Shown here one piece after another: positions 25,851 to 37,635 of a stretch of 64,000 nt of DNA. The notes beneath the pieces are model-generated. The model made no database searches and had not been told where the DNA came from. It saw only the letters and a program-made list of their open reading frames with translations. Positions within the stretch are counted from its first letter, which is position 1. Each line of letters begins with the position of its first letter. The position numbers and the translations under genes were made by a program. Origin of the DNA: Phoronis australis. Lineage: Eukaryota > Animalia > Phoronida. The stretch is taken from the NCBI GenBank assembly GCA_002633005.1, contig NMRA01000099.1, forward strand, positions 1 through 64,000. The letters are read 5' to 3'.

Positions 25851-27040
25851 ATGATGGTGGGATGTCATTGCTCTATCAGAGAGACCCTGTGTTAGGCAGA
25901 TGCAATTAACAATTGTTGCGTTTGTTTTCTGGAAAGTATGCTAAAGTGACCATAAGCCTGCATTGGTCGAAGGAGCAAACTTTTGTTTGGACCACTTTTT
26001 CAACTTGCTCCTACTGTATCTATGTTCAGTAGAAAGTAGAGTTTTGTTCAGAAAGTATGAATGCAACGGAATAAAGACCGTGAACAATGAAAAGTGTCGT
26101 GCATTCAACAAATTCTGTATAACAGAAAACTTGATCCCGAAGTACAGTCTGCTCCTAATGCCTAGATGTGAGTGATTTCTGGGCTCACAAAAACCAACCT
26201 TTCGTTACTCCTTGTGATCAGTGCATGCTCGATGCACAAAATGACATGCCAGGACGAACCAACTTGTTGCAGAACTTGTTCTCTCGAAGCCATAAAACAC
26301 CTCAAAATTTGATTATGTAACAATGTGAAACCAAGCAATATGGAACTGTCAGTTCTTTCAAACCCCTAAAAACCACCAGCAGTCTGATACACGAGTTCTA
26401 ATTTTGATGTCTCGCCTCTTACAGTTATTTCTGAAAAATATTGCAAGGCCAAAAAGCATAGTTGACTACTTTTGAAACCTGCCCTTGCGCATCAGTTTCA
26501 GCCAAAGTTTGACTGGCATTTTTTAAAGCTGCACAAAGGCACGTAAGCAAGGCTAAGCAAGGTTTGAAACGCCATGATTAGCCAAGCGATAAGTAAAAAT
26601 CAAATCCCGCTTCGTTTTAGCTCGTCTTTTTTGAAAAAACAATGAGCAAATATAAATATCTCACCACGACCATGTCCAAAAAAACGGAGACCAGTACAAA
26701 CTATGGTTCTAGAAACATACAAACTCTACCAGATTTTACACGAAATTACCAATTAATTATAAATCTGCATAAGCTGTGATGCTATCAATTAAATTACAAT
26801 ATCCTTTTTTCTGTTAGCGATCGTAAGACCTTAAGACTTAAACTTTTTGCATACATACTTAATGTCACTGATAAGACTTAAAGTTGCGATCATTTTACAT
26901 GAGACAGACCTCGGAATCAAGTCCTGTCGACACGAGCGTTTTTCGTGTAGAATTGGAACTACTCCGTCACGTTGAAACCGAGCCGACATTAAATATTTCT
27001 GAAGATTTCTGTTTAAGACTTGGATTTTGGCGTATTTTAG

Positions 27041-27207
27041 ATTTGGTCGATTCTTCGGGATTGCGCTTGACTTTATCTCCAACACTGCGACAGTACGACG
27101 CTGGGCTACTTCAGTTCGGCCATACTGTGAATCCAACGCAAGCAATTCCACCAAATCAAGCATCCTTCACGTCATACGGGTACTGTGTGGGCGACTGTAC
27201 AAAAGAG
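27041..27207 (+). CDS. MOXD1: MOXD1-like copy A, exon 7
   Basis: TAG|; LVDSSGLRLTLSPTLRQYDAGLLQFGHTVNPTQAIPP...GYCVGDCTKE; |GTGCGC; phase matches exon 6. Confidence 0.93.
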
Positions 27208-27756
27208 GTGCGCCGTAGTCTCAGCTGGAGACAACTACTTTGATTTTCGCTTTTTGTCACATATTCGTATCAAACCTGATGAAGCAAGTCGACTTTCATG
27301 TGGAGACAAAGCCTTATATTAATTTGAAGCAGTCTTTCTTCCACGCGAAATTTGTTAACACAAGGTCAGTGCTTTCTGTCGACTAGGTTATGCAAAGTCG
27401 TTCAAATTAGCCGTACATGCGCCTGACTTCCAAATTACCAATATACGCAACTACAGCAGGGAGCATGTTTAGACTGCCGTATTTCCAGACCGGTCATATA
27501 TATCGTCTTCATGAAAACTTAAAACATGAAGCGATGCCACGATTGCGACAATAGAGTACCAGAAGGACTGCCAGCCAATAGTTATAATGCACGTGACAAC
27601 GAGTCCGTGGTAACGAGTTTAAACCAGTGCTCGCAAGTAACAACCGGAGTTCATTCCAAAATATACTGTTTTGATTTAAATAATGCAGTCTTGCTGAGTC
27701 TTCATGTGTCGGAAATTTGAAACAACATCAAAACATACGCATCAATTTGGAATTAT

Positions 27757-28034
27757 CATGATTGTAATTATATAAATATGTAATTTTTGAACAGGCGTGG
27801 AAATGTGTATCACAAGGATTTTTCAGTCCGGTCAGCACGCCACCTGTGGTCATGTAACGTAACCTAATGAATATATGTCTGAAAAAGATTGTTGAACCAA
27901 CCGGGTCTCGAACCCACGACCTAACCGTGGAGCAGAAATATTTTCAGACTTATATTCATTAGGTCACATGGTGTGGCCACAGGTGGCGCGCTGACCAGAC
28001 TAAAATGTTGCTTTGTGTTCCATGATTGTAATTA
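27757..28034. mobile_element. MITE-like element: ~70 bp inverted arms inside a 14-bp direct repeat
   Basis: TTTTCAGTCCGGTCAGCACGCCACCTGTGG...CCTAATGAATATATGTCTGAAAA versus its reverse complement at 27940-28005; CATGATTGTAATTA at 27757 and 28021. Confidence 0.75.
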
Positions 28035-28262
28035 TTCCTAAATAGGTGAACTACGGTCTAGGTGAAAACCACCACTCATTGATCATTGAGTCTACTTGAT
28101 AGACCGGAACAGATACGTTGGCGTGCTCTCTTAGTCGATCACATTGAAAAATTATGAGAAAGATGTTGAACTTCATACTTGATTGACTCAAAATGCAAAT
28201 TGATGGTACTAATTGGGACTACTGCAAGGACCTGAGTGAAGTATTTGCTTTATATATTGCAG

Positions 28263-28511
28263 GGCCTGGCAGCTGAACCTGACGGTATCAAGATATTCGC
28301 AGGACTTTTGCACTCGCATTTGCTGGGAAGGAAGATGCGTTTGCGTCATATTCGCAACGGTATTGAACAGGAACCCGTGTTTGCAGACAACAATTACGAC
28401 TTCAACTATCAAGAAATGGTTGTTAGGAGGAAAGAGAAGGTTGTTTTGCCGGGTGACGAATTTCAGATGGAATGTGAACTCTCGTCCTCTAAGAAGAGTT
28501 CGTTTACATAT
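28263..28511 (+). CDS. MOXD1: MOXD1-like copy A, exon 8 (CuM H-x-H)
   Basis: CAG|; GIKIFAGLLHSHLLGRKMRLRHIRNG...DNNYDFNYQE...PGDEFQMEC; |GTGAGT; 249 nt. Confidence 0.95.
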
Positions 28512-29301
28512 GTGAGTACTTGGGAAAAAACGCTATCACCAGCAACGTCTACCTCACGCTGGGAAAGAGTGGGTGTAGTATAATTTTGTTCTTTCGACAT
28601 TAGCTGGTTACATTAACATTTTAACTAGGCTTCCAGTGTGTTGAGCTTTGCTTTTCATCAAATCTAAAAGATATGTGAAATAGATTGAACTAATTCTCAC
28701 TAACAGTCACATCAACAGCCCAAAATATGGTATTTCACGAAAACTTAGAAAGATTTTTTATTTAATATGACCCCACCGGCTATTCCTTTAACCTCTGAAA
28801 TAACCGTCTAGACATTGAGCATGGTAAACAAGATTGTTTGTTATAAAAAGGAACCGAAGCTGTTGAATTTGTTCCGCTTTAGCTAAACAGAGAATCACTG
28901 AACTAAAGAAGACACAACAAATAGCTTTTACGAAATTGCTCTGTTTGGCATAATAAAAGTTTTCACTTCTGCTTACTCTGTTCGCGAAAAGCTTTGCCTA
29001 TAATTCCTCTTCGCTCTACTGCTACGCTTTCACATGCCCATTTTATATTATCAGTGGTTTGCACCTTATTACTCCGATCATACGCGTTCCATTGTTACGG
29101 GTTTCTTGTTTGTGGTGAGCTATTTCCGCCCTGAACTTCGCTCTTTTTTCTCTATTTCTCACGTTACTACGGTTCCTTAATCATCTGTTCATTACATATC
29201 CTCGACCTTTTCTGCTTTTCTTGTTCTTGTCTAGGCTACAAAGAATTCCATCAGTTCCTCTCAGTCACCGGAAATCCATGCGTGTCGTTTTTGTATTATA
29301 G

Positions 29302-29441
29302 GGCGGCTTGGCTACTACCGACGAGATGTGTCTGTCTTTTGTACTTTACTATCCTCGGGTCAACCTGACCAAGTGCCTCAGTACTCCGTATAACTTCTCG
29401 CCATTTTTTCACGGAAAAGGCTTCAATGAAACATACAACGA
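29302..29441 (+). CDS. MOXD1: MOXD1-like copy A, exon 9 (CuM Met)
   Basis: TAG|; GGLATTDEMCLSFVLYYPRVNLTKCLSTP...; GA|GTGAGT, phase 2; not in the ORF track. Confidence 0.93.
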
Positions 29442-30639
29442 GTGAGTGTAATACTTAACAATTTGAGCACTCATAAAACCTCGGAAACTGGCAGTTCTTT
29501 GTTGTTGCAGCCTAAGCTTCGTGCATGAAATGACCGCCGGGTCAATTTAACTTCCTGTGTTTGTCCAGAGTCATATAGCACCTTTGCCTCATTATTCGAT
29601 ATTCATTTAAAAAAACATGCAACATTAAATATAATGGTTAACACATCCTTCCGTCATGTGCTGTTATATGTACATGTATGCTTTCTAATTCCATATTTGC
29701 TACTTAAACTGAAAATCGTGAAAACAAAAACAGGCTAATTATACCTATCAAGCTAAGTTTAAAGTTTCGTTGCCATCATAGGAACGCTTTTAGCTGGTTT
29801 TAAAATGGCGTAGAAATCGAATACAGGCTATACCGCATTACTCAAAGTCGGTCTCAGCCATCAAAAACAGAAGTCAATTTGTTCACCAGATAATTTTACG
29901 ATTTGTTCGTAAACATTTTAATTTTTTTGATTTTGAAAGCATTTTCCTTTCAAATTTCAAAAAATACAATCTATCAACTGCTAATACTTTCGTCCAGTTT
30001 TCTCCCACAGGGCAAGACTTAGACGTAGCACTTTTCTCTTTTATGGAAAGGTGGTCTGTGTCCTTTTGATGTAAACAAAACAATGGCGGTTAAGCACTTG
30101 GCAAATGTTTAGCGGGTAATTCTTTGAGCGCATGCTCGCGTATATACTATTTGGGGGGAGAATTTGAAAACTGTATTGGGACAAAAGAGTTTTTTCGTTT
30201 GTGTCTCAAAATAGGAAATATGACGATTTGCTATAGAAAATCTTGCATATTCAAAGCAAATAATTCACGTTAGCATCCTCAAGTAGTCTATTCAACTCCA
30301 TCTGTTTAAATGGTATTTTTACAAGTTTTCGCGTTGCATTCCCCTTTAAGAGATAACGCATTTGAATAGAAGCTGAAGAGAACTGAAAGGTCTGGTAAGC
30401 TTGTTTTGCATGTTCTTGTGAAAACGAATGAAAAATTCAGTCATAGCAACGAATATTTCGAGACTAATTTATAATCGCCATTGGTCAATCTTGGAACTGC
30501 AGAACAGAAGTTAATACACCGCAGCTCTTAATCTTTAGATTCACTTAAATATTTTACGCACAGTCTGATCCACCTGCAGGTTCGGAAGTAGGCACAGTTG
30601 GCGTTTTCTTTTTTTTTACTATTAAATATTGTCTTTCAG

Positions 30640-30808
30640 AGAAAAGCGTCAGATGGTGATCACTAGTGGTGAGTACAAGGGGTTGACTGAGTATGAGGCG
30701 TTGACCAAGATGACGTGGGATGTCACGAATGCTAAAGAACTCGAAACGGCGATGAAGAACGGTCCTTACCATGTACGGTGCACTGCAAACGGTTACCAAA
30801 AGCTCTCG
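30640..30808 (+). CDS. MOXD1: MOXD1-like copy A, exon 10
   Basis: Polypyrimidine tract then CAG|A, restoring phase 2; EKRQMVITSGEYKGLTEYEALTKMTWDVTNAKELETAMKNGPYHVRCTANGYQKLS; TCG|GTAGGT donor. Read-through would stop at 30868. Confidence 0.8.
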
Positions 30809-31188
30809 GTAGGTTTTGGTTTGGCACCTTCGGTGAAGGCAATGTTGCTGAAAGAACGCATTTGCTGAATGATCAACTTTCAAGTAAGATTCACTTAGAA
30901 TGGGGTGGTTTGTTTAGGCAAAAATAACACATATGAGATCCAGTACGAACACAGTGTAACTATACACAATTAGAAGTGCTAACCTCCCTTATTTCAAGAC
31001 TAATTCTTTTTTTCATGAATATGACAAACATTAAGTTATTGATGAGTACTACTTTCCTTTGTCCCCGTTGTAATTTTTGATTCGTTGATGTTTCTGAAGA
31101 AGAGGCGGAAATGTTCTCATCCGGGCTAATCGCTTCGGTAAAGACACAGACAGGTTCACTTCATTGAAAAAAACACTGTACATTTCAG

Positions 31189-31365
31189 GCTTCAAATCGT
31201 CCGCGCGGTACGTACAACAACGGCTTGACAATTAACACAGTCTTCCCAGAATCTCCAAGACAATGTTCAGGTCAAGAAGTCACGACGCCGGTTAATGGGT
31301 CACCTTCCACCTACTTGAATGTGTCTCTTTTGATTTCTTTGTTAAGTATGTTTTCTGTAGAGTAA
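31189..31365 (+). CDS. MOXD1: MOXD1-like copy A, terminal exon 11 with GPI-anchor-like/hydrophobic tail
   Basis: TTTCAG|; ASNRPRGTYNNGLTINTVFPESPRQCSGQEVTTPVNGSPSTYLNVSLLISLLSMFSVE*; gives ~618 aa total, a MOXD1-like length. Confidence 0.75.
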   Translation, partial: ASNRPRGTYNNGLTINTVFPESPRQCSGQEVTTPVNGSPSTYLNVSLLISLLSMFSVE

Positions 31366-31810
31366 CTGTCATTTCGAACGCAGGACCGTATTGTGAGAAC
31401 TACCTCAAAAATGTAATCTGAATGAACTGGGCTCGCGATGGGAAACCACACTCTGAAACACTTAAGTGATTGGCCTTAAATTAAGTGTGAGTTCAGACTT
31501 AAAATGGAGCGATACACATTATTAAAAACCTGTTTTGCTTTGCATTTTCGGACGTTTCTGCCTGTTCAAAAAATTCTTGAAAAATCTCCAAGTGCTCTTG
31601 CACCACTTAGGCTACCTCCTAGATTTTCCCTGAATTGACCCCTGTTTTTATATTAAGCTCCTTACAACGCAAACAATACCTTGCTAGTTATACCGTGTGT
31701 AATGGGTCACCTCAATACATTTATCCTGCAAAATAGTTTTGTATATAAGGTAACTAAACGAACTTGCAGTTGAAGGCTTCAAGTGATGTTCAAAATATTT
31801 TTCTCAGAAT

Positions 31811-31816
31811 AATAAA
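31811..31816 (+). promoter_or_regulatory. Candidate polyadenylation signal of copy A
   Basis: AATAAA ~450 nt after the exon 11 stop codon. Confidence 0.4.
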
Positions 31817-33364
31817 TTTGAGAAACTTAAAGTTTATTTGAAACTCAATATGATAATGATGTTTATTCACGAAATTATTGCATATTAAAGATTACAATTT
31901 ACATGAAGACCGTGTCTACCAGCTTTGCTACACTAGGCGTCTCTTTCTTCAACACCGCCAAACCTTTCAATCTGGGCACGGTATGACAGTTCCATTGCTT
32001 TGACCTGATTTATCAAATATGACCAAAGCTGGGGTGTCGACATGTGCCCACGATGTATTTTTAAGGGTTAAGGTAAGGTGCAATAAAGCTACTTAATCGG
32101 AAAGTGTTGCTGCACTGAGTAGTAGAGTGTTGACATGCACCCATAGTGCATCAAAAACAGTGTGCTTCTAGTGGTGCTTACCACCTTCATAATGCACAAT
32201 AATGTACAATTTGACTTCCGATGGTAAGTACTGCAGTGGTATTAAAAACTGCTGGTGAAGTCTCATTTAAATACATTTTTCACGGTATTCAAGAAAGAGA
32301 TAAATAGCTTATCCATTATGAAATGTAGTGGACGTTCTAACGAATTTACATCTTTTGTTTTGCTCCATCGGTCTGGGACCAAAATGGCAACTAGGAGGTG
32401 CCAATGGAATTCACTAGAATACCTATTGGTGCGGCGCATTGACATCACATTCATACCTCTGTGTCAAGTTTTATTGAAATCCGTTGATCTGCTGACAATA
32501 TGTCATCGGGAAACGCTTTTCTCCACAATGGTCACTCGGAGGCGCTGCAGTGATCGAATGCGCTCAAAAATCGAATGGTTAAGGCGCCGACATTGACTTC
32601 ATGTATCTTTGTGTCAATTTTCATAGTAGTGTATCAGTTTTCTAGATATCAACCGGAGACGCTCTTCCTCCACAGAACACAGGTAAAGTCCCATGTCCAA
32701 AACAAAATGACCAAGAGGAGGTGCTGTGGTTGTAGAATTCAGCCGAATATTTTTGTTACCGGGGCATTAACATGACATACCTCTGTGTCAAGTTTCATCG
32801 AAATCCATTTACTTTTTCCCGAGTTATCATTTGGAAACGCTCTTCCCAAAATGATCACTGTGAGGCGCTTCGAATGGTACCGGCACTGGCATTGGCACCA
32901 CGTATCTCTGGTGTCAAGGTCCAATGAGATCCATCAATCTGTTCTCCGCATACTGTGTGGAAACCTTATGTATGTGGGCTCATAAAAACAAGATTATTCA
33001 AATCTCAATTGCATAAAGGACTGGGCGAGCGAACACTACAGGGCAGAGAGCTGACTCCACATGTGACATTTCTTACTCTTTTCGCAACAATCATTTTTGC
33101 AAATGAAATAGTTTATTTGCTACCACCAAGCAATCGTAATAAATGGGCCAGAAGAGCTACGCTGTGTTAATCAGTAAAGTACACATTTTCTGAAAGAANA
33201 CAAACATTAAGTTATAAATGAGTACTACTTTCCTTTGTCCCCGTTGTAATTTTTGATTCGTTGATGTTTCTGAAGAAGAGGCGGAAATGTTCTCATCCGG
33301 GCTAATCGCTTCGGTAAAGACACAGACAGGTTCACTTCATTGAAAAAAACACTGTACATTTCAG

Positions 33365-33541
33365 GCTTCAAATCGTCCGCGCGGTACGTACAACAACGGC
33401 TTGACAATTAACACAGTCTTCCCAGAATCTCCAAGACAATGTTCAGGTCAAGAAGTCACGACGCCGGTTAATGGGTCACCTTCCACCTACTTGAATGTGT
33501 CTCTTTTGATTTCTTTGTTAAGTATGTTTTCTGTAGAGTAA
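33365..33541 (+). other. Second identical copy of terminal exon 11, probably an assembly/haplotype duplicate
   Basis: Same sequence as 31189-31365, inside the block duplicated across the N at 33199. Confidence 0.7.
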
Positions 33542-36500
33542 CTGTCATTTCGAACGCAGGACCGTATTGTGAGAACTACCTCAAAAATGTAATCTGAATG
33601 AACTGGGCTCGCGATGGGAAACCACACTCTGAAACACTTAAGTGATTGGCCTTAAATTAAGTGTGAGTTCAGACTTAAAATGGAGCGATACACATTATTA
33701 AAAACCTGTTTTGCTTTGCATTTTCGGACGTTTCTGCCTGTTCAAAAAATTCTTGAAAAATCTCCAAGTGCTCTTGCACCACTTAGGCTACCTCCTAGAT
33801 TTTCCCTGAATTGACCCCTGTTTTTATATTAAGCTCCTTACAACGCAAACAATACCTTGCTAGTTATACCGTGTGTAATGGGTCACCTCAATACATTTAT
33901 CCTGCAAAATAGTTTTGTATATAAGGTAACTAAACGAACTTGCAGTTGAAGGCTTCAAGTGATGTTCAAAATATTTTTCTCAGAATAATAAATTTGAGAA
34001 ACTTAAAGTTTATTTGAAACTCAATATGATAATGATGTTTATTCACGAAATTATTGCATATTAAAGATTACAATTTACATGAAGACCGTGTCTACCAGCT
34101 TTGCTACACTAGGCGTCTCTTTCTTCAACACCGCCAAACCTTTCAATCTGGGCACGGTATGACAATTCCATTGCTTTGACCTGATTTATCAAACATGACC
34201 AAAGCTGGGGTGTCGACATGTGCCCACGATGTATTTTTAAGGGTTAAGGTAAGGTGCAATAAAGCTACTTAATCGGAAAGTGTTGCTGCAGTAGCAGAGC
34301 GTTGACATCCACCCACAGTGCATCGAAAACAGTGTGCTTCTAGTGGTGCTTACCACCTTCATAATGCACAATAATGTACAATTTGACTTCCGATGGTAAG
34401 TACTGCAGTGGCATTAAAAACTGCTGGTGAAGTCTCATTTAAATGCATTTTTCACGGTATTCAAGAAAGAGATAAATAGCTTATCCATTATGAAATGTAG
34501 TGGACGTTCTAACGAATTCACATCTTTTGTTTTGCTCCATCGGTCTGGGACCAAAATGGCAACTAGGAGGTACTGTGGTAATGGAATTCACTAGAATACC
34601 TATTGGTGGGCGCATTGACATCACATACCTCTGTGTCAAGTTTTATTGAAATCCACTGATCTGCTCACAATATGTCATCGGGAAACGCTTTTCTCCACAA
34701 TGGCCACTCGGAGGCGCTGCAGTGATCGAATGCGCTCAAAAATCGAATGGTTAAGGCGCCGACATTGACTTCCTGTATCTTTGTGTCAATTTTCATAGTA
34801 GTGTATCAGTTTTCTAGATATCTATCGGAGACGCTCTTCCTCCATATAACACTGGTAAAGTCCCATGTCGAAAACAAAATGACCAAGAGGAGGTGCTGTG
34901 GTTGTAGAATTCAGCCGAATATTTTTGTTACCGGCGCATTAACATCACATACCTCTGTGTCAAGTTTCATCGAAATCCATTTACTTGTTCCCGAGTTATC
35001 ATTTGGAAACGCTCTTCCCAAAATGATCACTGTGAGGCGCTTCGAATGGTACCGGCACTGGCATTGACACCACTTATCTCTCGTGTCAAGGTTCAACGAG
35101 ATCCATCAATCTGTTCTCTACATACCGTGTGGAAACCTTATGTATGTGGGCTCATAATAACAAGATTATTCAAATCTCAATTGCATAAAGAACTGGGCGA
35201 GCGAACACAACAGGGCAGAGAGCTGACTCCACATGTGACATTTCCTACTCTTTTCGCAACAATCATTTTTGCAAATGAAATAGTTTATTTGCTATCACCA
35301 AGCAATCGTAATAAATGGGCCAGAAGAGCTACGCTGTGTTAATCAGTAAAGTACACATTTTCTGAAAGAAGAAAGATCAGAAATTATAGAAATTACACTT
35401 CATACTTACTTGTCAATATTATTGTAACCTGGCCACACTTTTCAAGTAAACATTTCTTTATTAAAGATTCATTCATACTACTAATTCCCTTTAGTTAAGA
35501 TTAATGAAACCTTCTTTAAATAAAAAGTTGCCGATATCTCTCAAAAACGCTGTTAGATATTTTTGTTTAATCATTGGTTTGGGTGCCAAATCAATTCGTG
35601 AAACGCCAGGCATTTCTGTAAAAAAATAAAGCGGTCGTATTCGTCTATGGCACAGTACAATAAAACTAGGATTTTAAAAATCGGAACTGGCAAGTAAATA
35701 CATACATATCAGAACCTTACATGGATGTCAACCAACTAGTTAGGTGTTCACGTAACAACCCTCGACACCTTGTGGTCGAATTGTAAAACTATTTCTAGAA
35801 ATAGTTGGTTAGTTGGCTGCCCCACCAGGTGGTCAAATATTAAAGTTATCCAAAGGGATATATAGCTGGTTAGTTGGTTGACATCCAACATCCAATAGCT
35901 ACCCCACCTGGAGGTCATATATTAAAGATATCCAAAGGGACAGATGGCCGGTTAGTTGGTTGACATCCAAATCCAATAGCTGCCCCACCTGGTTGTGAAA
36001 CGGCAAGACCGTGCAAAAGGAGATAGCAAATGGGATGGAGTTTGGATGATGTCTCGGCCACAACAGGGGATAATTAGTTTTATTGTATGTGAACCAACTA
36101 CTAATGTCTGCTGCATCTAAATAGTCACTTGCACGCAGTATGCCCGTTATTTAGTTCATGGGGCCCAAGCACTACTGTCCATTGCAGCGAATATAGTCAT
36201 ATACACAGATTATGCCCGTTATTTAGTAGATTGGGTGATAGTACTCAAACTTTCTCTCAGTAACAAATTACAAGAAAATGCCCGTTATTTAGTAGATGAC
36301 GTAGGATCCGAGTTCAGACAACTGACAGTCTGATCAAATCAAGCAGAAAATGTAAAATTCAAGTCTGTGAATCGCAGAATGTTAAATTGTTGTGCACATA
36401 TAAATACAGGGTATGTAGGTGTAAACGTCAACAGTTACTGCACCTACCATGAGTGGCATTAGAAAATTTAAGAATCAAATTGTCTCAATATCTTGACATG

Positions 36501-36795
36501 TTTTTCCTAAGTCACGTCGTACGCATTAACAAACGCTTCAAGTTCACAATCACCATAACAAAATGTATGTACAATTCAACTGCAAACACAAGTGGCGCCT
36601 CAAAATTCAATAATCAAATGCTCTGTTTATCTTGACATGTTTTTCTGAAGCCATTTTTTGTGCAATAATATATATGCACCAACTTTATAACAACAAATTT
36701 CATTTCACTGCAGTCTCCATCCAGTATTATAAAAGATTTGTATTTGTTGTTTATTTGTCTAAGAATTTACTTTAATCTTTTGTCACTGCTGTTTC

Positions 36796-37635
36796 CTTGG
36801 TATCAGTGTGATCACTTAATATTCTATTATGAGTGTTCACAGACCAGATTAATCCTTTGTTGGCCCACCTATTGTGTGGGAGCCATATTATTACAGGCTC
36901 ATTAACATTCTGTTCACAAACATTGTGGCACTTAGATAGCTCAAACTATCACTGGATGATGTCTATGGACACAAACAGACCTATAGTCATGAAATAATAT
37001 TGACAGTGAATGAACACTACTGTAAGTGCCGACGCACTCTTGTGTTTGTAGTCTGACTATATTCGCCATCTGTTGGTGGTTTATGTGTTTGCTCTCCAGC
37101 TTCTACCGCGTATATTTTTCCACGTGACTAATTCTTCAATAGAATTTTGCATATGTATAACTGCTCGGCACACCATAGTTTATAGCTGTAACGCGCGCCA
37201 GCTTAGCTCATTCGTGCTTCAACGTTCTTACATGTATCTTGAGTTTCAGTTTAGTCGTGATCTATGCCGCAAATTGGTGTAAGTATTTTGTACTTAGTTT
37301 TGTTACAGTACATAGTCAGTACTTCAACGTAATTGTAACGCGTACTCTGTAACTTTAATTAGCGTTGCCTCTAGTAGTTNCTTGGTATCAGTGTGATCAC
37401 TTATTCTATTATGAGTGTTCACAGACCAGATTAATCCTTTGTTGGCCCACCTACAGCTCATTGGCCCACCCAACCTAGACTATTGTGTGGGAGCCATATT
37501 ATTACAAGCTCATTAACATTCTGTTCACAAACATTGTGGCACTTAAATAGCTCAAACTATCACTGGATGATTGTATGTCCATGGACACAAACAGACCTAT
37601 AGTCATGAAATAATTGACAGTGAATGAACACTACA
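36796..37635. repeat. ~230-250 bp duplication across the single N at 37380
   Basis: 36796-37020 matches 37381-37634 with small indels. Confidence 0.85.

Larger units (their letters stand above)
31024..35370. repeat. ~2.17 kb direct duplication across a single N (33199); likely uncollapsed haplotype overlap
   Basis: 31024-33198 versus 33200-35370: first ~0.95 kb almost identical, the rest has scattered SNPs and indels. Confidence 0.85.

Noticed and set aside
27898-27925. tRNA gene
   Set aside because: Only a B-box/T-arm fragment; no cloverleaf
24466-29441. True dopamine or tyramine beta-hydroxylase ortholog
   Set aside because: HHIIIY, AWAIGG, HSHLLG, EMCLSF and the C-terminal anchor fit MOXD1-type, not DBH (HHMEVF, HTHLTG, EMCVNY)
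36140-36295. CRISPR-like repeat-spacer pattern (also the 81-bp arrays)
   Set aside because: Eukaryotic context, repeats too short or whole-unit tandem, no cas genes
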